Origin: Clostridia bacterium
GTDB lineage: Bacteria > Bacillota > Clostridia > Oscillospirales > CAG-272
Reading direction: 5' to 3'
NCBI GenBank assembly: GCA_017625065.1
Contig: JAGALS010000016.1
Location: 26,707-90,706, forward strand
DNA length: 64,000 nt
The position numbers and the translations under genes were made by a program. The notes under the pieces are model-generated. The model was not told where the DNA came from and ran no database searches. It saw nothing but the letters and a program-made list of their open reading frames with translations. This document shows, piece after piece, positions 1 through 10,453 of the stretch. Positions within the stretch are counted from its first letter, which is position 1; each line of letters begins with the position of its first letter.

Positions 1-1119
1 TTCGTGGAGCAGGAGCTGACGGCGCGCCTTGGTGATGTTGGCAAGAAGCTGCACACCGCAAGAAGCCGTAACGACCAGGTCGCGCTTGACGTGCGGATGT
101 ATCTGCGCGAGGAGACCGACGGCATTATGGCACAGCTTCGCGAGTTACTCACGGTCGTGATCGACCGCGCCGCCGAATACGAGGGCACGATCATGCCCGG
201 CTATACCCACCTGCAAAGAGCGCAGCCCATCACCTTCGGCCATTGGCTGATGGCGTACGCTATGATGCTTTTGCGCGATCTTGACCGCTTGACCGACACA
301 AGAAAGCGCATCAACGTTTCCCCCATCGGCTGCTGCGCCCTGGCGGGCACCACCTACAACACCGACCGTCGCTTTGAAGCGGAGCGCCTTGGCTTCCCCG
401 AGATCTGCCGCAACTCGCTTGACGGCGTTTCGGACCGCGATTTTTGCCTTGAATTTATGAGCGCCTGCTCAATTCTGATGATGCACCTTTCCCGTATGTC
501 CGAGGAGATCATTCTGTATTCGAGCTGGGAGTTCGCCTTCATCGAGCTCTCCGACGCCTACACCACGGGCTCGTCGATCATGCCGCAAAAGAAGAATTCC
601 GATATGGCGGAGCTGATCCGCGGCAAAACGGGACGCGTTTACGGCGATCTTGTGGCGCTGCTCACCACGCTCAAGGGCTTGCCGCTTGCTTATAACAAGG
701 ATATGCAGGAGGACAAGGAGAGCCTGTTTGATGCCGTGGACACGGTGAAAATGTGTCTGTCGGTGCTCACGCCTATGCTCGCCACGATGAGCGTGAAGGC
801 AGAGAATATGAAAAAAGCGGCAAGCGGCGGCTTTATCAACGCCACCGACCTTGCCGACTATCTGGTGGGAAAGGGTATGCCCTTCCGCACCGCATATAAA
901 ATTTCGGGACAGCTGGTCGCTCATTGCATCAAGGAGGGCACCGTGCTGGAAAACCTGCCTCTTGAGATCTATCGCACGTATAGCGAGCTTTTTGACGAAA
1001 CGCTGTACGATGCCATTGATCTTGAGGCGTGCGTAAACCGCCGCATTTCCGAGGGTGGAACCTCACGCGAGTCGGTACGCGCACAGATCCTCTATGTAAA
1101 GGAGCGTTTGGAGCAATGA
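1..1119 (+). CDS. argH: argininosuccinate lyase (5' truncated by window edge)
   Basis: HTARSRNDQV, PGYTHLQRAQP and GSSIMPQKKN fumarase-family signature; first gene of arg cluster. Confidence 0.97.
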   Translation, partial: FVEQELTARLGDVGKKLHTARSRNDQVALDVRMYLREETDGIMAQLRELLTVVIDRAAEYEGTIMPGYTHLQRAQPITFGHWLMAYAMMLLRDLDRLTDTRKRINVSPIGCCALAGTTYNTDRRFEAERLGFPEICRNSLDGVSDRDFCLEFMSACSILMMHLSRMSEEIILYSSWEFAFIELSDAYTTGSSIMPQKKNSDMAELIRGKTGRVYGDLVALLTTLKGLPLAYNKDMQEDKESLFDAVDTVKMCLSVLTPMLATMSVKAENMKKAASGGFINATDLADYLVGKGMPFRTAYKISGQLVAHCIKEGTVLENLPLEIYRTYSELFDETLYDAIDLEACVNRRISEGGTSRESVRAQILYVKERLEQ

Positions 1120-2036
1120 CAAAGGTATTCATAGACGGCTCTGCCGGCACCACGGGGCTTCGTATTCACGAGCGCCTGTCCGATCGCAAGGATCTTTCGC
1201 TGGTCACGCTTCCCGACGAGGTGCGTAAGGATCCCACCGCACGCCGCGAGGCGATCAACGGCGCGGACATCGTGTTTTTGTGTCTGCCCGATGCCGCCGC
1301 GATCGAGGCGGTCGCAATGTGCGACGACCCCAATGTGAAGATCATCGATACCTCGACCGCCCATCGCACGAACGACGCGTGGGCTTACGGCTTTGCCGAG
1401 CTTGGCCGCCGCGCGCAGATCCAGGCATCGAAGCGCATCGCCAACCCCGGCTGCCACGCCAGCGGATTTCTGGCACTGACCGAGCCGCTTGTGCGCGCGG
1501 GGCTGCTCAAAGCGGATGCGTATCTTTCCTGCTTTTCGCTGACCGGCTATTCGGGCGGCGGCAAAAAGATGATCGCGGACTACGAAAACGGGGAACGTGA
1601 CAAGCTTTTGGATGCACCCCGTCAGTACGGTATCGCGCAAGCGCACAAGCATCTGCCCGAAATGGTGAAGATCAGTGGCTTGCAAAATGCTCCCGCTTTC
1701 TGCCCCATCGTGGGGGATTTTTACAGCGGTATGGAAGTGACCGTCCCCGTGTTTGCAAAGGATCTGAAGGGCAATGCAGAGGACATCAAGAGTGTTTACC
1801 GCGAGACCTACAAAGAAGGACTCGTCCGCTTTGTTGAGGACGAGGGAGAGGGCGGATTCCTTTCCGCCAACGCCTTTGCGGATCGCGACGATATGGAGGT
1901 CCGTGTCTGCGGCAACGGCGAACGCATTTTGCTGGTTTCCCGCTTCGATAATCTCGGCAAGGGCGCATCGGGCGCAGCCATTCAAAATATGAATATTCTT
2001 CTCGGTGTCGATGAGGCAACGGGATTGAACGTATAA
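1116..2036 (+). CDS. argC: N-acetyl-gamma-glutamyl-phosphate reductase (type 2)
   Basis: VFIDGSAGTTG, IANPGC, DNLGKGASGAA; ATG overlaps argH stop. Confidence 0.95.
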   Translation: MTKVFIDGSAGTTGLRIHERLSDRKDLSLVTLPDEVRKDPTARREAINGADIVFLCLPDAAAIEAVAMCDDPNVKIIDTSTAHRTNDAWAYGFAELGRRAQIQASKRIANPGCHASGFLALTEPLVRAGLLKADAYLSCFSLTGYSGGGKKMIADYENGERDKLLDAPRQYGIAQAHKHLPEMVKISGLQNAPAFCPIVGDFYSGMEVTVPVFAKDLKGNAEDIKSVYRETYKEGLVRFVEDEGEGGFLSANAFADRDDMEVRVCGNGERILLVSRFDNLGKGASGAAIQNMNILLGVDEATGLNV

Positions 2037-2046
2037 GGAGACAGAA

Positions 2047-3261
2047 ATGAAAACAGTATCCGGCGGCATCTGTGCCGCAAAAGGCTTTTTGGCAAGCGGT
2101 GTGCATTGCGGCATCCGCAAGAATCGCACCAAAAGAGATATCTCGCTGATCTTCAGCGAAGCGCGCGCACACGCCGCGGCAGTTTATACCACCAATCTTG
2201 TCAAGGGTGCACCCTTGACCGTGACCAAAAATCATATCGCCGACGGCTTTGCCCAGGCGGTGATCTGCAACAGCGGCAACGCCAACACCTGCAACGCCAA
2301 CGGCATTGAGATCGCCGAGCAGATGAGCGATCTGGTGGCAGATGCGCTCCACATCGCGGCAAGCGACGTTGTGGTGGCTTCCACCGGTGTGATCGGTCAG
2401 CCTCTCAATATTGAGCCCATTGCCGCAGGTGTGCCGCAGCTTGTAAAGGAGCTTTCCGCAAACGGCGGTGAGGCGGCTGCCGAGGGCATTATGACCACCG
2501 ACACCGTCAAAAAAGAGATCGCCGTGGAGTTTGAGCTTGGCGGCAAGACCTGCCATCTTGGCGGCATCGCCAAGGGCAGCGGTATGATCCACCCCAATAT
2601 GGCAACGATGCTGGTGTTTTTGACCACCGATGCGGCCATTTCCGCCGAGATGCTGGAAAAGGCGCTGAAGCACGACGTGCAGAACACCTTTAATATGACC
2701 AGCGTTGACGGCGATACCTCGACCAACGATATGGTCACGATCCTTGCAAACGGACTTGCGGGGAATGAGGAGATCACCGCAGACGGTGCTGATTTTGCCA
2801 CCTTTATGAAGGCGCTGAACACGGTTACCGTGTATCTGTGCCGTATGATCGCCGGTGACGGTGAGGGCGCGACAAAGCTCCTTGAATGTAAGGTCAGCGG
2901 TGCCGCGGATGAGAAAACCGCCAAGACGGTTGCGAAAAGCGTGATCTGCTCCAGCCTTTTGAAGGCGGCAATGTTCGGCGCTGATGCCAACTGGGGGCGC
3001 GTGCTTTGCGCCATCGGCTACAGCGGTGCTGATGTGGACGTCTGCAAGGTCGACGTCGCGTTCCGTTCCGTCAAGGGCACGATCTCGGTTTGTGAGAACG
3101 GTGCTGGCGTGGACTTTTCCGAGGAGATCGCCAAGGAGATTTTGCTTGAAAAGGAAATTGAGATCTTGGTTGAGCTGAACAGCGGCGATCTTGCCGCGAC
3201 CGCGTTCGGTTGCGATCTGACCTACGATTACGTGAAAATCAACGGGGATTATAGAACTTAA
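2047..3261 (+). CDS. argJ: bifunctional ornithine acetyltransferase
   Basis: KGSGMIHPNMATML, DGDTSTND, DGEGATK, GCDLTYDYVKINGDYRT. Confidence 0.97.
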   Translation: MKTVSGGICAAKGFLASGVHCGIRKNRTKRDISLIFSEARAHAAAVYTTNLVKGAPLTVTKNHIADGFAQAVICNSGNANTCNANGIEIAEQMSDLVADALHIAASDVVVASTGVIGQPLNIEPIAAGVPQLVKELSANGGEAAAEGIMTTDTVKKEIAVEFELGGKTCHLGGIAKGSGMIHPNMATMLVFLTTDAAISAEMLEKALKHDVQNTFNMTSVDGDTSTNDMVTILANGLAGNEEITADGADFATFMKALNTVTVYLCRMIAGDGEGATKLLECKVSGAADEKTAKTVAKSVICSSLLKAAMFGADANWGRVLCAIGYSGADVDVCKVDVAFRSVKGTISVCENGAGVDFSEEIAKEILLEKEIEILVELNSGDLAATAFGCDLTYDYVKINGDYRT

Positions 3262-3303
3262 CCCCAAAACGGTATCAAAAAATCAACACATAAAGAGGAA
3301 ATC

Positions 3304-4176
3304 ATGGGTATTGATAATCATTTTTCCAACGCGCAACGGGCAGAGGTGCTGACACAGGCGTTGCCCTATATCAAAAAGTTCAACGGTAAGATCGTTGTCA
3401 TCAAATACGGCGGAAACGCCATGATCAATGAGCAGCTCAAGGAGCAGGTGATGGAGGACATCGCGCTGCTTTGGCTGATCGGCGTTAAGGTCGTTCTGGT
3501 ACACGGTGGCGGCCCCGAGATCAGCGAAATGATGCAAAAGCTCGGTAAGCACCCCGAGTTCGTGGACGGCTTGCGTGTCACCGACAAGGAGACCGTTGAC
3601 ATCGTGCAGATGGTGCTTGCGGGCAAGGTCAACAAATCGCTTGTCACGCTCCTTCAAATGAAGGGCGGACATGCGGTCGGTCTTTCGGGTATGGACGGCG
3701 GTATGATCGAGGCGCAGTTCAAGGACGAGCGCCTTGGGTACGTGGGCAAGATCACCAAGATCCGTCCCCAGCCCATCAACGACCTTCTGGAAAAGAATTA
3801 TATTCCCGTCGTTTCTACCGTTGCAAGTGATCGCAACGGCAACGTTTATAACATCAACGGCGACACCGCCGCCGCTTACATCGCGGGCGCGCTTGGCGCG
3901 GAGCGTCTGTTTATGATGACCGATATCGCGGGTATTTTGCGCGATAAGGACGATCCCTCGACCCTGATCCCCTCGATCACCGTTGAGGAGGCAGGGAAGC
4001 TCTATGACGAGGGTGTCATTTCGGGCGGTATGATCCCCAAGGTGGATTGTTGCATCGAAGCGATCAACCGCGGCGTGAAGAACGTCGTCATTATGGACGG
4101 CCGTGTGCCGCACTCCATTTTGATGGAGCTGTTAACCGATGAGGGCGCGGGCACCATGGTCAAAGGAGAAGCATAA
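3304..4176 (+). CDS. argB: acetylglutamate kinase
   Basis: VIKYGGNAM, VHGGGPEI, GLRVTD, GGMIPKV. Confidence 0.97.
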   Translation: MGIDNHFSNAQRAEVLTQALPYIKKFNGKIVVIKYGGNAMINEQLKEQVMEDIALLWLIGVKVVLVHGGGPEISEMMQKLGKHPEFVDGLRVTDKETVDIVQMVLAGKVNKSLVTLLQMKGGHAVGLSGMDGGMIEAQFKDERLGYVGKITKIRPQPINDLLEKNYIPVVSTVASDRNGNVYNINGDTAAAYIAGALGAERLFMMTDIAGILRDKDDPSTLIPSITVEEAGKLYDEGVISGGMIPKVDCCIEAINRGVKNVVIMDGRVPHSILMELLTDEGAGTMVKGEA

Positions 4177-5342
4177 TGTCGCAATTACAAGAGCTTGACA
4201 AACAGTACGTGGCGGGCACCTATGCGCGCTTTCCCGTGGAGATCGTATCGGGCAAGGGCTCGCTGATGGTGGACACCGACGGCAAGGAATACATTGACCT
4301 CGGTACAGGCATCGGCGTGACTGCCTTCGGCATTGCCGACGAGGCGTGGAAAAGCGCCGTGATCGATCAGCTTTCCAAGGTGCAGCACACCTCAAATCTT
4401 TACTATACCGAGCCCTGTGCAAAGCTCGCCGAGCTATTATGTGGCAAGACGGGGCTCAAAAAGGTATTTTTCTCCAATTCGGGTGCCGAGGCAAATGAGT
4501 GTGCCATCAAGGTGGCGCGCAAGTATGCCCAAGAAAAAAAGGGAGCCGAATACAGCACCATCGTGACGCTCTGTAACAGCTTCCACGGCAGAACGCTGAC
4601 CACGCTTGCCGCAACGGGGCAGGAGCATTATCACGAGCTGTTTCAGCCCCTCACTCCCGGCTTTGTCCACGTGACGGCAGGGGATAAGGAAGAGCTTCAA
4701 AGCATCGTTGAAACCCACAAAGTCGCGGGCATTCTGATCGAGTGCATTCAGGGCGAGGGCGGCGTGAACGTCGTCGATGCCGATTTTGTGAAATTCGCCG
4801 CAGAGCTTGCCGCTGAGCAGGACATCATTTTTATGGTTGACGAGGTGCAGACCGGCAACGGACGCACCGGTGAGCTGTACGCCTATATGCACTATGGCAT
4901 CACCCCCGACGTGGTGACAACAGCGAAGGGACTGGGCGGCGGTTTGCCCATCGGCGCTTGTATGTTGGGCGAAAAAGTGCAGAACGTTCTCGGATTTGGC
5001 GACCACGGCTCGACCTATGGCGGCAATCCCGTGGCGTGCGCGGGCGCTTATAACGTGCTGTCCCGTATCGATGATGCATTGCTGCAGACGGTGAAGGAAA
5101 AGGGCGAATATATCAAAAAAACCTTCACGGGTGCAAAGGGTGTGAAGTCGGTGAGCGGACTTGGACTGATGGTGGGCATCGAAACCGAAAAGCCTGCTGC
5201 CGAGGTCGTCAAGGCTTGCATCGCCGAGGGCGTGTTGTGCCTGACGGCAAAGAACAAGGTGCGCCTGTTGCCCGCGCTCAATATCCCGATGGAACAATTA
5301 CAGAAGGCGGCGCAGATCCTTCTTGCCGCTTGCGCACAGTAA
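4176..5342 (+). CDS. argD: acetylornithine aminotransferase
   Basis: [27 protein letters not shown] class III aminotransferase motifs in arg operon. Confidence 0.95.
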   Translation: MSQLQELDKQYVAGTYARFPVEIVSGKGSLMVDTDGKEYIDLGTGIGVTAFGIADEAWKSAVIDQLSKVQHTSNLYYTEPCAKLAELLCGKTGLKKVFFSNSGAEANECAIKVARKYAQEKKGAEYSTIVTLCNSFHGRTLTTLAATGQEHYHELFQPLTPGFVHVTAGDKEELQSIVETHKVAGILIECIQGEGGVNVVDADFVKFAAELAAEQDIIFMVDEVQTGNGRTGELYAYMHYGITPDVVTTAKGLGGGLPIGACMLGEKVQNVLGFGDHGSTYGGNPVACAGAYNVLSRIDDALLQTVKEKGEYIKKTFTGAKGVKSVSGLGLMVGIETEKPAAEVVKACIAEGVLCLTAKNKVRLLPALNIPMEQLQKAAQILLAACAQ

Positions 5343-5352
5343 GGAGCTATAT

Positions 5353-6336
5353 ATGAATTTAAAAGGAAGACATTTTCTCAAACTGCTTGATTTCACTCCT
5401 GCCGAGATCGCGTATCTCATCGACCTTGCCGCAGAGCTGAAAGCAAAGAAAAAGGCGGGCATTGCGCACAAATTGTGCGACGGCAAAAGCATTGCATTGA
5501 TTTTTGAAAAGACCAGCACCCGTACTCGCTGCGCCTTTGAGGTGGCGGCAAACGATCTTGGTATGCATCCCGTCTATCTGGATCCCACGGGCTCTCAGAT
5601 CGGCAAAAAGGAAAGCATCGCCGACACCGCGCGCGTGCTTGGCAGAATGTTTGACGGTATCGAATACCGCGGCTTTGGTCAGGAGATCGTAGAGGATCTT
5701 GCCGCATACGCGGGCGTTCCGGTTTGGAACGGTCTCACCAACGAGTTCCACCCCACCCAGATCCTTGCCGACTTTCTCACCATTCGTGAGCATTGCGGCG
5801 AGCTGAAGGGCAAAAAGCTGGTGTATCTTGGCGACGCGCGCTACAATATGGGCAATTCGCTGATGGTCGGTTGTGCCAAGATGGGCATGCAGTTTGTTGC
5901 CGCCGCCCCCAAGAAGTATTTTCCCGATCAGGCACTGATCGCACAGTGCGAGGAGATCGCAAAACAGACAGGCGCTACCCTTGCCTTTGAGGAAGATCCC
6001 ATGAAGGCGGTAGAGGGCGCTGACGTGCTTTACACCGACGTTTGGGTGTCGATGGGCGAGCCCAAGGAGATCTTTGCCGAGCGTATCAAGGATCTTTCCC
6101 CCTACCGTGTGACCAAGGAACTGATGGATCACGCCGGCGCGCAATGCCGCTTTATGCATTGCCTGCCCGCCTTCCACGACCTTGGTACCGTGATCGGACG
6201 TGAGATCTATGAGCAGTTTGGCATTGACTGTATGGAGGTCACCCACGAGGTCATCGAGGGGTCGCAGTCTATCGTCTTTGACGAAGCTGAAAACAGAATG
6301 CATACGATAAAAGCCGTCATGGCAGCTACGCTTTAA
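5353..6336 (+). CDS. argF: ornithine carbamoyltransferase
   Basis: [22 protein letters not shown]; SD AAGGAG before ATG 5353. Confidence 0.97.
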   Translation: MNLKGRHFLKLLDFTPAEIAYLIDLAAELKAKKKAGIAHKLCDGKSIALIFEKTSTRTRCAFEVAANDLGMHPVYLDPTGSQIGKKESIADTARVLGRMFDGIEYRGFGQEIVEDLAAYAGVPVWNGLTNEFHPTQILADFLTIREHCGELKGKKLVYLGDARYNMGNSLMVGCAKMGMQFVAAAPKKYFPDQALIAQCEEIAKQTGATLAFEEDPMKAVEGADVLYTDVWVSMGEPKEIFAERIKDLSPYRVTKELMDHAGAQCRFMHCLPAFHDLGTVIGREIYEQFGIDCMEVTHEVIEGSQSIVFDEAENRMHTIKAVMAATL

Positions 6337-6455
6337 GACCGCTAAAATTCCGCACAGGGTGTCGTTGCTCCGCGCAGGTGAACTCGACGTAGATCTACTA
6401 CGCCATCGTCCACCTGCTGTGGTGCGCCTAACCCTGTGCATTTTTTAGCGGTCTT
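6335..6455. repeat. long imperfect hairpin element (related to 41788-41915)
   Basis: AAGACCGCTAAAA...TTTTAGCGGTCTT, GCACAGGGT/ACCCTGTGC, GCAGGTG/CACCTGC and apical CGTAG/CTACG arms. Confidence 0.7.
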
Positions 6456-6519
6456 GGGAAAGTGTGGCAAAAGTTTTTTGACGGTCTTGGGGAAGTGCGG
6501 TGAAGCTTTTAAACAAAAT

Positions 6520-6555
6520 AAAAGGAGCGACATTGATAAATAGTCGCTCCTTTTA
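6520..6555. terminator. bidirectional intrinsic terminator
   Basis: AAAAGGAGCGAC...GTCGCTCCTTTT between convergent argF and XRE gene. Confidence 0.75.
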
Positions 6556-6777
6556 TTAATGGAATAATTTTTTGGGTGTGTCTATAAGTCCAAGCAGATA
6601 GTCGGTAGATACATTATAATATCTGGCTAATTTGATGTATTTGTCGACTCCCATCATTTGGGCACCGGTTTCCCATTTGCTGACCTGTTGCCTTGTTGTA
6701 TCCAAAAGCTTTGCTATATCGGTTTGCGTGAGGTCGTGATCTTCTCTTAAATCCTTTAATCGATCATAATAGTTCAT
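6556..6777 (-). CDS. small XRE-family helix-turn-helix regulator
   Basis: RLKDLREDHDLTQ...VSKWETG...VSTDYLLG HTH_3 pattern. Confidence 0.9.
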   Translation of the reverse strand: MNYYDRLKDLREDHDLTQTDIAKLLDTTRQQVSKWETGAQMMGVDKYIKLARYYNVSTDYLLGLIDTPKKLFH

Positions 6778-6808
6778 ACAACAGCCCCCTTTTTTAATAT
6801 TATATCAT

Positions 6809-6880
6809 GCACTCTATAAGATGCTCTTGACAAGCACCTTAAAAGGTGCTATAATGAGCATATAGCACCTCATAAGGTGC
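6809..6880. promoter_or_regulatory. sigmaA promoter (TTGACA 6827-6832, TATAAT 6850-6855) with three 16-bp operator-like palindromes
   Basis: GCACTCTATAAGATGC 6809-6824, GCACCTTAAAAGGTGC 6834-6849, GCACCTCATAAGGTGC 6865-6880. Confidence 0.8.
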
Positions 6881-6891
6881 AAGGAAGGTGC

Positions 6892-7152
6892 ATGAAAAGA
6901 ATTTTAGAGGATCTGTGGTATTCGTATCAAATCGAAAATGTAGTAAAATTCGGCAACAAAGAAAAGGAAATGGCAAACAAGATTTTGATAGCGGAAGAAA
7001 CATTACAAAAAAGCTTAACTGACGAGCAGAAAGCGGCACTGAAGATATATGAGGATTGCTTGGATGAGGTCAGCGCTGCTTGTGAAAAGAAAGCGTTTGT
7101 TAAAGGTGTTCGTTTTGCGGTTGGCTTTTTGTTGGAGGCGTTATATATGTAA
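6892..7152 (+). CDS. small helical hypothetical protein (DUF6809-like)
   Basis: ILEDLWY...L+++Q...AF++G+RF...L+E pattern; SD AGGAAGG; consensus promoter upstream. Confidence 0.7.
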   Translation: MKRILEDLWYSYQIENVVKFGNKEKEMANKILIAEETLQKSLTDEQKAALKIYEDCLDEVSAACEKKAFVKGVRFAVGFLLEALYM

Positions 7153-7240
7153 TGCGGAGCTTTCGTTGCGCGGTTTTGAGGGAAATTTTTGCTTTTTAAA
7201 AATATTTTATCGCTTTAAAGCAAAAAAATCTCAAAACCTC

Positions 7241-7269
7241 TTGACAAACCGTTTAAAACGTGATATGAT
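7241..7269 (+). promoter_or_regulatory. sigmaA promoter of T-box leader
   Basis: TTGACA-17bp-TATGAT with TG extension. Confidence 0.75.
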
Positions 7270-7284
7270 ACTGTCATATTCCAA

Positions 7285-7566
7285 AGGCGCTTGAGCAAAA
7301 CGCAGTAGGGAATACGAAAACGCATAGAGAGTCGTCGATTGGTGGAAAGACGGCGGTGAGTAGTGCCCGAATTACCTTTTGTGAGCTTTGTGTTGAACCG
7401 GGTTCGGCCCGTTAAGTAGGCACAACGGTGGCAACCGTTATCTTGCGGGGCAGTTGCATGACTGCCGATGAGGTCACAGACCGCAAGGTCGTGATAAAGC
7501 AGAGTGGTAACACGGCGACTGCCGTCCCTGCATCCCTTTTCTCTTGGGATGTGGGCTTTTTTGTTT
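7285..7566 (+). promoter_or_regulatory. T-box riboswitch, probable Tyr (UAC) specifier
   Basis: AGAGA and GGTGGAA stem I motifs, GAATTACC specifier region (TAC 7373-7375), T-box AGAGTGGTAACACG 7501-7514, terminator hairpin plus U-tract. Confidence 0.88.
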
Positions 7567-7630
7567 TTGTTTATATTTGCCAAAGGCATTTATAATAAAT
7601 TTATTTTCCATATAAATGGAGGGAAAGATC

Positions 7631-8605
7631 ATGAAAAAAATCACAGCACTCGTATTGGCGCTTCTGTTAGTCGTCGCCGCCCCCTTGGCGCTTGCATCCT
7701 GCTCGGGCAAGGGTGAGTACACCGTCGGTATCATCCAGCTCATTCAGCATGAGGCTCTGGATGCCGCAACCAAGGGCTTTAAGGACGTTCTGATCGCTGA
7801 GTTCGGCGAGGAGAACATCAAGTTTGAAGAGGTCAATGCACAGGGTGATTCCACCATTTGTACCACTGCTGCGACCGACCTTGTCAACAAGAACGTTGAC
7901 CTGATCCTGGGCAATGCAACCGCTGCGCTTCAGGCTGCTGCAAATGCGACCGAGAAGATCCCCGTGCTCGGCACCTCTATCACCGACTACGGCACGGCTC
8001 TGAACATGGAGTTCAAGGGCGGCGCTGTTGGCGGCAACATTTCCGGCACCACCGACCTCGCTCCTCTTGATCAGCAGGCTGCTATGATCAAGGAGCTTTA
8101 CCCCAATGCTACTAAGGTTGGCCTGCTTTACTGCTCTGCAGAGCCCAACTCTAAATATCAGGTGACCGTGATCCGCGAGGAGCTTAAGAAGCTTGGCTAC
8201 GCTGACGAAAACATCAAGGATTTCCCCTTTGCTGACTCCAACGACATCGGTCCTGTTTCCAAGGGCGCTTCTGATTTCGCTGACGTTCTGTACGTTCCCA
8301 CCGATAACACTGCTGCTTCCTTCGGCGCTACCATCAAGGATAACATCGGCAACGATCCTTTGATTGCGGGCGAGTCCGGTATCTGCGGCCTTTGCGGCAT
8401 CGCAACCCTTTCCATCGACTACTATGAGCTTGGTAAGATCACCGGTGAGATGGCTGTTAAGATCCTGAAGGGTGAGGCTAAGGTTGGCGAGCTCGAGATC
8501 GCTTCTGTTCCCGCTGCCACCATCACCAAGAAGTACAACACCGTTCGCGCAGCCGAGATCGGCTTTACCGCTCCCGAGGGCTATACCGCTCTTCCCACTG
8601 AATAA
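7631..8605 (+). CDS. ABC transporter substrate-binding lipoprotein (TrpX-like, aromatic amino acid)
   Basis: lipobox LASC; VGIIQLIQHEALD, NAQGD, YVPTDN. Confidence 0.9.
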   Translation: MKKITALVLALLLVVAAPLALASCSGKGEYTVGIIQLIQHEALDAATKGFKDVLIAEFGEENIKFEEVNAQGDSTICTTAATDLVNKNVDLILGNATAALQAAANATEKIPVLGTSITDYGTALNMEFKGGAVGGNISGTTDLAPLDQQAAMIKELYPNATKVGLLYCSAEPNSKYQVTVIREELKKLGYADENIKDFPFADSNDIGPVSKGASDFADVLYVPTDNTAASFGATIKDNIGNDPLIAGESGICGLCGIATLSIDYYELGKITGEMAVKILKGEAKVGELEIASVPAATITKKYNTVRAAEIGFTAPEGYTALPTE

Positions 8606-8630
8606 TATTAAAGGTAGTAAATAATTAAAC

Positions 8631-9605
8631 ATGAGTATATTGAATTGGCTTGGTGCTCTGCCCGGTGCTGCCGCACAGGGCATCATCTGGGGTATTATGG
8701 CCATTGGCGTGTATTTTACGTATAAGATCCTGGACGTGGCTGATCTGACCGTGGACGGATCTATCTGCACGGGCGGTGCCGTTTGCGCCGTTTTGATGAC
8801 GGCGGGTATGGATGCGTGGCTTGCCATGCTCATCGCCGTCGTTGCGGGTGTTCTTTGCGGACTGCTTACGGGTGTGTTCCACACCTTGATGGGTATTCCT
8901 GCCATTCTTGCGGGTATTCTGACGCAGCTTATTTTGTGGTCTGTCAATTTGAAGATCATGGGGCAGGCAAATATGGCTCTGCCCTCCAGAAGCTTTGACG
9001 TGCTGGTCGCCGCCTCTCGCGTAGGTGTGTCGCTCCCCATTCTGATCGTCTTTGTGGTGGTGCTGATCGCGTTGCTTTACTGCTTCCTTGGCACCGAGCT
9101 TGGCGCAGCCCTGCGTTCTACGGGCTGCAATCTGAATATGAGCCGCGCACAGGGCATCAACGTGGAGCTGATCAAGGTGTTGGGCCTCGCGCTTTCCAAC
9201 GGTGTGGTTGCACTGTCGGGTGCATTGCTCACCCAGTATCAGGGCTTTGCGGACATCAATATGGGCCGTGGTGCAATCGTCATCGGTCTTGCGGCCGTGA
9301 TCATCGGTGAGGTCGTGACCTCCCGTCTGGCGAATAGCAACTTTGTCAAAAAGATCGGCATTGGCTATGCCTTCCGTCTGCTTGGCGTTGTGATCGGCGG
9401 CGTGATCTACTTCTTCGTATATCAGACCGTCGTCTTCCTTGGCCTTGATACCGACCTGCTCAAGATGCTTTCCGCCCTTGTGGTGGCTGTCTTCCTTGCG
9501 GTACCGTATTGGAAGAAAAAGTATCTCTCCAGCCCTCACAAAAAAGCAGCCGTTTCTGCTGGCTGTACCAACGACGCGGTGAAGGAGGATGAGAGCAATG
9601 CTTGA
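8631..9605 (+). CDS. ABC transporter permease
   Basis: DLTVDGS, multiple TM helices, QYQGFADINMG. Confidence 0.9.
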   Translation: MSILNWLGALPGAAAQGIIWGIMAIGVYFTYKILDVADLTVDGSICTGGAVCAVLMTAGMDAWLAMLIAVVAGVLCGLLTGVFHTLMGIPAILAGILTQLILWSVNLKIMGQANMALPSRSFDVLVAASRVGVSLPILIVFVVVLIALLYCFLGTELGAALRSTGCNLNMSRAQGINVELIKVLGLALSNGVVALSGALLTQYQGFADINMGRGAIVIGLAAVIIGEVVTSRLANSNFVKKIGIGYAFRLLGVVIGGVIYFFVYQTVVFLGLDTDLLKMLSALVVAVFLAVPYWKKKYLSSPHKKAAVSAGCTNDAVKEDESNA

Positions 9606-10392
9606 GATGAAAAACATCACAAAGACCTTCTTTCCCGGAACGGTCAATGAAAAGGTTGCCTTGAAGGGCATTGATCTGACCCTTGAGGATGGCGACTTCG
9701 TTACCATTATCGGCGGTAACGGTGCGGGAAAATCCACACTGCTCAACGCCATTTCGGGTGTTTGGAAGCCCGATTGCGGACAGGTCATCATTGACGGCAT
9801 TGACGTGACCCACTTGCCCGAATACAAGCGCGCCAAGTATCTTGGTCGCGTCTTCCAGGACCCGATGATGGGTACTGCCAAGGATATGGAGATCGAGGAA
9901 AACCTCGCGCTTGCGCTTCGTCGCGGTAAGCGCCGCACCCTCAAATGGCGTATTTCCAAGGCTGAGCGCGAAGAATACCGCCGTATTCTGGCCGATTTGG
10001 ATCTTGGCCTTGAGACCCGTATGACTCACAAGGTCGGTTTGCTTTCTGGCGGTCAGCGCCAGGCGGTGACATTGCTGATGGCAACGCTCAATACCCCCAA
10101 GCTCTTACTGCTTGACGAGCACACCGCCGCCCTTGACCCCAAGACTGCGGCAAAGGTGTTGGAGATCACCGACCGTATCGTCGAAAAGGATCACCTGACC
10201 ACTTTGATGATCACCCATAATATGCAGGATGCTATCGATCATGGCAATCGCCTTATTATGATGCATGAGGGAAAAGTTATCATTGATGTGAAGGGTGAGG
10301 AGAAGAAAAAATTGACGGTGCCCGATCTGCTTGCAATGTTTGCCAATGCCAGCGGTAAGGCTTTCACCAACGACCGTGCAATGCTGTCGTAA
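9598..10392 (+). CDS. ABC transporter ATP-binding protein
   Basis: GGNGAGKST, LSGGQRQ, LLLDEHTAALDP. Confidence 0.93.
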   Translation: MLEMKNITKTFFPGTVNEKVALKGIDLTLEDGDFVTIIGGNGAGKSTLLNAISGVWKPDCGQVIIDGIDVTHLPEYKRAKYLGRVFQDPMMGTAKDMEIEENLALALRRGKRRTLKWRISKAEREEYRRILADLDLGLETRMTHKVGLLSGGQRQAVTLLMATLNTPKLLLLDEHTAALDPKTAAKVLEITDRIVEKDHLTTLMITHNMQDAIDHGNRLIMMHEGKVIIDVKGEEKKKLTVPDLLAMFANASGKAFTNDRAMLS

Positions 10393-10395
10393 TAA

Positions 10396-10436
10396 CAAAA
10401 AAGCGCAGAACGGAAAACCGTTCTGCGCTTTTTTAT
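10396..10436. terminator. bidirectional intrinsic terminator
   Basis: AAAAAAGCGCAGAACGG-AAAA-CCGTTCTGCGCTTTTTT. Confidence 0.85.
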
Positions 10437-10453
10437 GTTGTGACTTGTGACAC

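Noticed and set aside
6342-6533. 63-aa minus-strand ORF with repeated PHFPKT
   Set aside because: Translation artefact of the hairpin and its short tandem duplication.
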